Below are positions 56,753 through 64,000 of a DNA stretch of 64,000 nt, piece by piece (position 1 is the first letter of the stretch; each line of letters begins with the position of its first letter). The position numbers and the translations under genes were made by a program. The notes below the pieces were generated by a model that saw nothing but the letters and a program-made list of their open reading frames with translations, made no database searches and was not told the DNA's origin. The stretch is from Mariprofundaceae bacterium. GTDB taxonomy: Bacteria; Pseudomonadota; Zetaproteobacteria; Mariprofundales; Mariprofundaceae. Location: positions 10,379 to 74,378 of the forward strand of contig JAUZQM010000041.1 in assembly GCA_030950985.1 (NCBI GenBank), written 5' to 3'.

Positions 56753-59700
56753 ATGAGTTTTCATGTCATCAGTTCCAACAAGATGGAAGATTTAATGCAA
56801 TGTATGGGGCAAACATTACTTGCTGATCCATTAAGCGATCCCTTGAGTCCTGACATCATTCTTGTCTCGGGAATGCCAATGCAACGTTGGTTAGAACTAA
56901 AGCTTGCTGATGTGATGGGCATTCAATGCAATATTGATTACCCCATGCCTGCTTCTTGGTTGTGGTCGTTGATTTCAAAAAACAGTGGGCAAAGTGATGC
57001 TTTATCACGCGAATCATCGGCTTGGCTTATTTTTCAACATTTGCCCGACTTATTAGAACACGATGAATTTTCTCCCTTACGCCATTATTTACAAGGTGAT
57101 AGCGATGCAGTGAAACGTTGGCAGTTGGCAGATCATATCGCCGATACATTGGATCGTTATCAATATTATCGCCCTGATATGATTCGTCATTGGAGTGCTG
57201 GCGGTGGAAAGGATTGGCAAGCAAAGCTTTGGCGAACTTTATTGGATGACATAGGGCAACATCATCACCGTGTTTCCATGATGGATCAATGGCAAAAAGA
57301 TTTGGCACAAGGCTCGAAAGAAGCCTTACAAGCCTTGCCCAAACGCATCAATATATTTTGCATTTCAAGTTTGCCACCCTTGTTATTGGGATTATTTCAA
57401 CAACTCTCTGAATCCATTGATATTTATTTTTATCATACCAGCCCGACCTCAATCTATTGGTCGGATTTAATGTCCGAAAAGACAGCGGCGAAGAAACGAC
57501 TCGAAGATCCCGATGAAGACATGTATTTGGAAACAGGGCATGAGCTTTTGACATCATGGGGTCGGCAAGGTCAGATTTTTCAAGATTTATTACTCAATCA
57601 TGATGCCTTACAAGCCTTTGAACATGATGGTTATCGTGATGATTTCCCTGATTCCACTTTGGGCAAGCTGCAACACGACATTTTTCAAACCATACGTACT
57701 CCAAGCCATGAGCAAGCTATCGATGCTTCCGTGGCGATTCATGTCTGCCATAGCCCTTTGCGCGAATGTCAGGTATTGCATGATGAATTGTTAAAGGCGT
57801 TTGAAAGCAATCCTGATTTAAATCCTGAAGATGTGTTGATCATGATGCCCGACATCAATCTTTATGCACCTTATATCAAGGCTGTATTTGAACGGGGAGA
57901 ATATGCTCAGAAATCCGTTCGACCGTATATTCCATACAATATATCTGATGTATCTATCAGCGATGATAAACCTTTGGTGCGAACCTTTCTGACGCTTTTA
58001 AACCTGCCCCATAGCCGCTTCACACGCAGTGAAGTCGAAGCCATGTTGGATATTCCCGAGGTATGTGAACGCTTTTCTATCGATGAAGAAAGCATTCCAA
58101 ATATACGGAACGTTTTGGAACAACTAAATGTTCGCTGGGGCATTGATGCTGAACATCGTAAGCAAATGGGCTTACCCAACGATGATATGCATACATGGCG
58201 ACAAGCTCGACAACGTTTCCTCACATCGTATGCCATGAGTGGTTCAAGCGAGCTTTGGCAAGGCATTGCCCCCATTGAACTCAATCATCAAGATGCCATG
58301 TCGATGGTTCATTTTTGGCAAATGGTTGAATGTATGGATACGTGGCATCAAACATTAAGCCAAGCCCGAAGTCCGCAACAATGGCAAATGGATTTGCAAC
58401 AGATGTTGCTGGATTTCTTTGATGATGCGGAACAGCACGATGAGTTCAACCATATCTTGGATGTGTTGGAAAGTTGGGTAAGCAACGCCCATGATGAGCT
58501 TATTAGTCATGCTTTACTGGTGCATTGTTTACAGCAACGACTGGGCGAATCGGATGTTCCCAATCGATATTTTTCAGGTGGCGTGAATATTTGTGGCATG
58601 CGACCCATGCGCAGTGTGCCGTTCAAAATGATTGCGTTGATTGGCATGTCGGATGCGGCTTTTCCACGCCGTGAACACCCCTTAGAATTTGATAACATGG
58701 CACAACAATGGCGCGCAGGCGATCCCATCAAAGGTGAACAAGATCGTTATTTGATGTTGGAAACCGTGTTATGTTGCCGTGAAAATATCTATATTAGTTA
58801 TGTCGGTCGTAGCATTCGAGATAACAGTGTTTGCCAACCTTCTGTTTTGGTCAGCGAGTTATGTGATGAACTTCGTAACACCTATGGTGACGATACTGTG
58901 GAAGAAATCGTTCATCCCATGCAAGCCTTTTCAGCCGATAACTTCACCAAGCAACACGCTCATGATGCTTACTGGTGTACGATTGCCAACACATTGAAAC
59001 AAGCTAAACCCACTCCATCCATCGCATGGGGAACAGATAAATTGCCTGCTTTAGACATCGACCATGTAAGCTTGGAACGCTTGATTCAATTTGTGAAACA
59101 TCCTGTGAAGTTTTTTATCAATCACCGTCTGGATATGTATATTCATGATGAAGATGAATCGTGCGATGATGAACCGTTTGCACTCAACCATTTAGAAGCG
59201 TGGATGATTAAGAAACGTTTATTGGATAGTTATTTGCAAAACCAATCGTTGGATCAAACGCGTTTCAAAGCCGAAGGTTTATTACCGCATGGCATGGCGG
59301 GTCAGGCTGAACTCAAAGCCCAACAAACCGCTGTTGAACCTGTATGTATGCAACTTGAAAACTATAACGGCAAAGAAAATCAAACCCAATGGATTGACCT
59401 GATTGTTTCGTGTGATGAAAAACCGCTGCATCTCACAGGGCAAGTTCGTCATTATATGCCCAAATTAGGTTTGTTACATGCCACACCATCCAAGCTCAAA
59501 GGCAAATATATTTTAAGCTGTTGCTTAGAACATTTGGCATTGTGCAGTGCCGAGATATTGCAAAAAAATGAGTGTAGTCATTTGCAATGCAGCGATAAGA
59601 GCATGCGATTTGAATGGATTGATTCAGACACAGCAAAAGCACATTTACACGTCTATATGGATGCCTACTTGCAAGGCATGCAGGAACCCTTACCTATCTT

Positions 59701-59920
59701 TGAAGGTGCAAGTTATGCTCATGTTTTTGAAGATAATAAAGTTCAAAGCAAATGGAACGGCAATGCTTACAATCATATCCCTGGAGATAAAGATGATGCC
59801 TATGTGGAGCTGATCATGCGTGATGTCGAGGAATCACCCATTGAGAGTCAAGCATTTAAAGATTGGTCCACAGCCTTTTACAAACCCATCAAAAATCTTG
59901 TAGAGGGAGACAAATCATGA
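56753..59920 (+). CDS. recC: Exodeoxyribonuclease V gamma subunit
   Basis: 1055 aa. The N-terminus 'HVISSNKMEDLM...ILVSGMPMQRWLELKLA...NIDYPMPASWLW' parallels E. coli RecC. recB follows. Confidence 0.9.
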   Translation: MSFHVISSNKMEDLMQCMGQTLLADPLSDPLSPDIILVSGMPMQRWLELKLADVMGIQCNIDYPMPASWLWSLISKNSGQSDALSRESSAWLIFQHLPDLLEHDEFSPLRHYLQGDSDAVKRWQLADHIADTLDRYQYYRPDMIRHWSAGGGKDWQAKLWRTLLDDIGQHHHRVSMMDQWQKDLAQGSKEALQALPKRINIFCISSLPPLLLGLFQQLSESIDIYFYHTSPTSIYWSDLMSEKTAAKKRLEDPDEDMYLETGHELLTSWGRQGQIFQDLLLNHDALQAFEHDGYRDDFPDSTLGKLQHDIFQTIRTPSHEQAIDASVAIHVCHSPLRECQVLHDELLKAFESNPDLNPEDVLIMMPDINLYAPYIKAVFERGEYAQKSVRPYIPYNISDVSISDDKPLVRTFLTLLNLPHSRFTRSEVEAMLDIPEVCERFSIDEESIPNIRNVLEQLNVRWGIDAEHRKQMGLPNDDMHTWRQARQRFLTSYAMSGSSELWQGIAPIELNHQDAMSMVHFWQMVECMDTWHQTLSQARSPQQWQMDLQQMLLDFFDDAEQHDEFNHILDVLESWVSNAHDELISHALLVHCLQQRLGESDVPNRYFSGGVNICGMRPMRSVPFKMIALIGMSDAAFPRREHPLEFDNMAQQWRAGDPIKGEQDRYLMLETVLCCRENIYISYVGRSIRDNSVCQPSVLVSELCDELRNTYGDDTVEEIVHPMQAFSADNFTKQHAHDAYWCTIANTLKQAKPTPSIAWGTDKLPALDIDHVSLERLIQFVKHPVKFFINHRLDMYIHDEDESCDDEPFALNHLEAWMIKKRLLDSYLQNQSLDQTRFKAEGLLPHGMAGQAELKAQQTAVEPVCMQLENYNGKENQTQWIDLIVSCDEKPLHLTGQVRHYMPKLGLLHATPSKLKGKYILSCCLEHLALCSAEILQKNECSHLQCSDKSMRFEWIDSDTAKAHLHVYMDAYLQGMQEPLPIFEGASYAHVFEDNKVQSKWNGNAYNHIPGDKDDAYVELIMRDVEESPIESQAFKDWSTAFYKPIKNLVEGDKS

Positions 59921-62900
59921 ATCCCATTATTTTAGATCCGAACACCACTTTATCCATGACCATGCAAGGCATTAAATTGATTGAAGCCAGCGCAGGAACT
60001 GGCAAAACATTTGCCATTGGCAATCTTTATTTACGCATGATTTTGCAAGGTAAACGCACCGAAGAAATCTTGGTAGTTACCTTTACCAATGCCGCCACTG
60101 AAGAATTGAGAGGGCGTATTCGTCAACGTATTCATGCGGCATTGAAGCATTTAGAAGCCAATATACCTGATGATTGCGAGGATGAATTACTTAAACTTTG
60201 GCACAAGCAGAGCAGCCAAGACGCTATTCAACACGCCCAACATCGCTTAAAAGTCGCCATTACCAGTATGGATGTCGCAGCGATTTACACCATTCATGCA
60301 TTTTGCCAAAAGATGTTGACCGAACATGCCTTTCATTCAGGGCAAGCCTTTGATGTTGAGATGTTGACCGATGACAGCACTTTATGGGAAGAAGCCCTCA
60401 AAGATTGGTGGCGCAATCAAATTGCAGACTTAAATCAACAAGAATTTGCTTTGTTTCAAAGATCCTTTGCTTCGCTTGAGAGCTTAATCAGTTTAGAACA
60501 AGGTTTAAGACAGCCCAGCGTCACATTGCGCCCTGATACAACGGTGAACTTAAAAGAGCTTACCCAAAGTCTAAATCAATTCATGCAGGATTTAGGAACA
60601 CTTTGGCAGCAAGAACGCCCAAAGATTGAAACTATTCTGTTATCAGGTGTCTTAAAACAACAGAACAAAAACTATAAAAAAGCCAATATTCCAAATGTAT
60701 GCGCAACATTGGATGACTATTTTTCAGCTCCTGATATCAACCATATACCCGAAGCATTAGAGGCATTACGCTTAAGCGAGTTATCTGGGCGACTCAAAAA
60801 AGGCTACGATGAAAAAGATATTGATGCTTTGTTTTTTGTTCGCACGGATGAAGTGCTAAATAAAATCATCACATGTCTTAAAACTTTAAAAGCCTCATTG
60901 CTTGCCGAAGCCCATCGTTACGCCGATGAAAAAGTTTCCCAAATCAAACAACAATTAGGGCAACTTTCGTTTAATGACCAACTGGTTCATTTACAGCGTG
61001 CCATATCAAGCAATACCGCATTGGTTGAGGCTATTCGTCAGCGTTTCCCCATTGCTATGATTGATGAATTTCAAGATACAGACAGCATTCAATATGACAT
61101 CTTTCGTCATGTATACCCATCCAAAGATGCACAGGAAGGACAAGAAACCAAACAGATTTTAATCATGATTGGCGACCCAAAACAAGCCATTTATAGTTTT
61201 CGTGGGGGTGATATTTTCACCTATATGCAAGCCAAAGAACATGCCGATGAACATTATACCCTTGCAAGTAACTGGCGTTCGACCCCTGCCATGATTTCCG
61301 CCGTCAATCATCTTTTTAAGCAACATGAAACGCCTTTTCTCTATGATGCGATTCCTTTTTTACCAGTTCAAGTCCCGAACAAAACGCATCCCTTGATGAG
61401 CTATAAAAATGAGCAAGTCAAAGCCCTTACCATGTGGGAAGTTCCATCTACAAGTGACAGTAAACCACTGCTCAATAAAGAGAAGGGACGAGATTTATTG
61501 CATAAATATGTCGCCAATGAAATTGCCACATTATTGCAGCAAGCTGAAGCAGGTGAGTTACATTTAGGCGAACGTGTCGTTCAAGCCAATGATATTGCTG
61601 TTCTAACTCGTGGGCATCATGAATCCTCCGCAGTTCGCCAAGCTTTGCAAAAACGCGGTATTGCAGCCGTTACCGCAGGCAAAAAGCACATCTTTCAAAG
61701 CGATGAGGCTCAAGGTTTATTCATCATCTTAAAAGCCATCTTAGAACACGATAATCCATCTCGACTAAGAGAGGCGATGAGTAGCTGCTTATTGGGTTAT
61801 CATTATTTGACCATTCATCAGCAATTCAATACTGAAAACACGCGCTTTAAGTGGCAAGAAACCTTCAAACGATTGCATGATTTATGGGAACAACAAGGTT
61901 TTATGGTCATGTTTCAAAGCTTGTTGCGCAGCTTTGCGATGGGTGAATATTTGGCGAATCAAAAGGATGGTGAACGTCAATTAACCAATCTTTTGCAACT
62001 GGCTGAACTCTTACAGCAAGAAGCTCAATCGAAGGTCAGTATGATTCGTTTATTGACGTGGTTTGAAGACCAATGTCAGAAAGATGTAAACGCCAGTGAT
62101 GAGGCGAAATTACGTTTGGAAAATGATGGTAATTTGGTACAAATCAGCACCATTCATGCTGCCAAAGGTTTGGAATATGCCATTGTTTTTGTCCCTTACC
62201 TTTGGGATTGCAAACCTCGAACCATCCAATCGAATCAATTATTAGCTTATTATGATGAAGCAGAACAACACCATTATCTTGAATTAAATGCCAATCCCAA
62301 GAAGTTAGGACACGCTGATAAGGAGCGTTTAGCAGAAGATATGCGCTTGCTTTATGTCGCCTTGACCCGAGCCAGTCATAAACTTTATGTGGCTTGGGGA
62401 ACGATTGGTACTGATGCCCCCAAAAGCGCACTTACCCATTTGCTTGCCCCCCACTCAAAAGAAGAAACACCTGACAATGACAACATTGAGTGGCAAACGC
62501 TTTCGCTTGAAAATCCAGATGTTATTTCCTTGGAAAGCAAGCCACAACCGATTGAAACACTCCATGTTGAAGGTTTCTTAAGAAAGTTTACACACAACCA
62601 GAGCATCACCAGTTATACAAAACTGACACGTTCGATTCATCCTCAATTCACACCGATTGAAAAAGCAGAGGATAGTCAAGATGCCGTATTCAATCTTCCA
62701 TCCAACCGAAATATGGGAATATGTGTGCATGCCCTGTTAGAAAACATGAATTTTCAAGATGACATCGACACGCAAAGCGATGATTTTCTACAAAAACATG
62801 GTGTCCGTTATGGTATCCATGTCGATCAGCATGATACGATAAAAGCGTGGATGAATGATGTGATTCAAACACCGTTGCACGATGGTTTATGCTTAAAAAA

Positions 62901-63402
62901 CCTATCCAAAGCTCAACGTCTTAATGAATTGCATTTTGATATGGCTTTACCACAATTAAATATTCAGAAATTCAATCAAACCTTACAACAAGCCAGTGAT
63001 ACAGCCTTGCAAGATTTGGTTGCCGAGCATTGTCATGGTTATCTTACTGGTGAAATTGATTTGGTCTTTGAACATCACGGGCGTTATTACATTGCCGATT
63101 ACAAAAGTAACCATTTGGGCAATCGATTGCAGGATTATCAAGTTCCATGCTTGCAAAACACCATCCTTAGCCACCGTTATGATGTGCAATATTTGATTTA
63201 TACGGTGGCATTGCATCGCTATTTGAAACTTCGCATGGCGAATTATGATTATGAAACACACTTTGGCGGCGTGTATTATTTATTTTTACGAGGTATGCGA
63301 GCTGAACATGCTGGCAATGAGGGGGTCTTTTTTCATAAACCTTCCGCTGCTTTGATTGACACACTGGATCAGGATATTTTTGGCAAAGGAGCGAGCCAAT
63401 GA
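59917..63402 (+). CDS. recB: Exodeoxyribonuclease V beta subunit (helicase-nuclease)
   Basis: Start is at the ATG overlapping the recC stop (ATGA). 'IEASAGTGKTF' (Walker A), 'MIDEFQDTD' and 'NWRS' are present. The C-terminal nuclease motif is 'GEIDLVFEHHGRYYIADYKSN'. Confidence 0.92.
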   Translation: MNPIILDPNTTLSMTMQGIKLIEASAGTGKTFAIGNLYLRMILQGKRTEEILVVTFTNAATEELRGRIRQRIHAALKHLEANIPDDCEDELLKLWHKQSSQDAIQHAQHRLKVAITSMDVAAIYTIHAFCQKMLTEHAFHSGQAFDVEMLTDDSTLWEEALKDWWRNQIADLNQQEFALFQRSFASLESLISLEQGLRQPSVTLRPDTTVNLKELTQSLNQFMQDLGTLWQQERPKIETILLSGVLKQQNKNYKKANIPNVCATLDDYFSAPDINHIPEALEALRLSELSGRLKKGYDEKDIDALFFVRTDEVLNKIITCLKTLKASLLAEAHRYADEKVSQIKQQLGQLSFNDQLVHLQRAISSNTALVEAIRQRFPIAMIDEFQDTDSIQYDIFRHVYPSKDAQEGQETKQILIMIGDPKQAIYSFRGGDIFTYMQAKEHADEHYTLASNWRSTPAMISAVNHLFKQHETPFLYDAIPFLPVQVPNKTHPLMSYKNEQVKALTMWEVPSTSDSKPLLNKEKGRDLLHKYVANEIATLLQQAEAGELHLGERVVQANDIAVLTRGHHESSAVRQALQKRGIAAVTAGKKHIFQSDEAQGLFIILKAILEHDNPSRLREAMSSCLLGYHYLTIHQQFNTENTRFKWQETFKRLHDLWEQQGFMVMFQSLLRSFAMGEYLANQKDGERQLTNLLQLAELLQQEAQSKVSMIRLLTWFEDQCQKDVNASDEAKLRLENDGNLVQISTIHAAKGLEYAIVFVPYLWDCKPRTIQSNQLLAYYDEAEQHHYLELNANPKKLGHADKERLAEDMRLLYVALTRASHKLYVAWGTIGTDAPKSALTHLLAPHSKEETPDNDNIEWQTLSLENPDVISLESKPQPIETLHVEGFLRKFTHNQSITSYTKLTRSIHPQFTPIEKAEDSQDAVFNLPSNRNMGICVHALLENMNFQDDIDTQSDDFLQKHGVRYGIHVDQHDTIKAWMNDVIQTPLHDGLCLKNLSKAQRLNELHFDMALPQLNIQKFNQTLQQASDTALQDLVAEHCHGYLTGEIDLVFEHHGRYYIADYKSNHLGNRLQDYQVPCLQNTILSHRYDVQYLIYTVALHRYLKLRMANYDYETHFGGVYYLFLRGMRAEHAGNEGVFFHKPSAALIDTLDQDIFGKGASQ

Positions 63403-64000
63403 GTCAAGCCAAGCAACAAGCCACTGAACAAGCCAGCTTAGAAAATAAACAAGGACTGGCTGAAATGTTTGCCGATTTTATGGTTAAAATGGCAGGTGGA
63501 GATACGCATGATTTATTGTATCAGACTGCTTTTTCTTTATCGAAACACGATGAACAAGGTCATGTCTGTCTCAATCTCAAACACTTGGCGCAGAAACCTT
63601 GGCATGATGGCAGTGGATTCGCGCCTGATATGGAAACATGGCGCACATTCTTGTTGCAAACCCCTTGTGTTGTGGATGCTGGCGATAATGCACCAATGAT
63701 TTTAGATGGTGATTTATTGTATTTTCAACGTTTTTGGTCAGCTGAAAAACACGTCGCAGATGCACTGTTAACCCGATTGAAAAAACCTATAAACTTGGAT
63801 GAACGAGGCTTAAAAGAAGGTTTAACACGTTTATTTGCCAAAAATACGCTAAAAAACAACGAAAAAATGGATTGGCAAAAAATTGCAGCGGCGTTAGCTG
63901 TTCGCCAACGTTTTTCGGTGATTTCTGGTGGACCGGGTACAGGGAAAACCACATCGCTGGTCAAGGTTCTGGCACTTTTATTAGAACAAAACGAAGATAT
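63399..64000 (+). CDS. recD: Exodeoxyribonuclease V alpha subunit, N-terminal part (runs off window)
   Basis: Not in the ORF track because there is no stop in the window. The ATG overlaps the recB stop (ATGA). My translation gives MSQAKQQ...LYFQRFW...FSVISGGPGTGKTT (Walker A) in an open frame to the window end. Confidence 0.85.
   Translation, partial: MSQAKQQATEQASLENKQGLAEMFADFMVKMAGGDTHDLLYQTAFSLSKHDEQGHVCLNLKHLAQKPWHDGSGFAPDMETWRTFLLQTPCVVDAGDNAPMILDGDLLYFQRFWSAEKHVADALLTRLKKPINLDERGLKEGLTRLFAKNTLKNNEKMDWQKIAAALAVRQRFSVISGGPGTGKTTSLVKVLALLLEQNED

Overview
This is an AT-rich bacterial chromosomal window, almost entirely core genome. The gene order looks proteobacterial: dnaE-accA, ubiC-ubiA, ypjD-yfjD-like, thrU-tyrU-glyT-thrT-tuf and recC-recB-recD. 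I cannot assign a genus.

Layout from left to right:
- 1-8.6 kb: outer-membrane/LPS block. It holds a partial GT2, a WaaL-like ligase, an LptF/G-family permease, a membrane PHP-domain protein, and a tight four-gene operon (ArnC/GtrB-like GT2, WecD-like acetyltransferase, ArnT/PMT-like GT-C, WecE aminotransferase).
- 8.7-9.3 kb: SRP RNA plus tRNA-Ser, tRNA-Arg and tRNA-Pro. None of these appear in the ORF track.
- 9.4-13.2 kb: exported MsrA/MsrB, an esterase, a decayed pseudogene, a lipoprotein cytochrome c and a lone type IV pilin.
- 13.2-31.3 kb: accA, dnaE, tmRNA, ubiA/ubiC, rsmE, an M14 peptidase, YpjD/CorC-like membrane proteins, a divergent family-4 UDG-like gene, fbp, rhlE, yihY, an M24 peptidase, a tandem cNMP-binding protein and a UPF0104 membrane protein.
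- 31.4-47.2 kb: complete alpha/spc/S10 ribosomal superoperon on the minus strand. adk and infA are embedded in it, and it is fused upstream to tuf and a Thr-Tyr-Gly-Thr tRNA operon.
- 47.3-51.5 kb: gltX and ileS.
- 51.6-52.1 kb: a structured spacer holding a 197-bp MITE-like element with an 8-bp target duplication, followed by tRNA-Gln.
- 52.2-56.2 kb: argD-argF-argG plus a cytochrome b561-like gene.
- 56.7-64 kb: recC, recB and the start of recD.

No CRISPR array, prophage, transposase or toxin/defence island is visible. The best candidate for something not yet described is the Arn-like operon at 4516-8648. It pairs WecE/WecD-type dTDP-4-amino-4,6-dideoxyhexose chemistry with a polyprenyl-phosphate GT2 and a GT-C transferase. 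The neighbouring membrane-embedded PHP phosphoesterase is the second candidate. Both are hypotheses built from domain recognition and gene order. All function calls rest on reading the translated ORFs and recalling family motifs; no searches were run.
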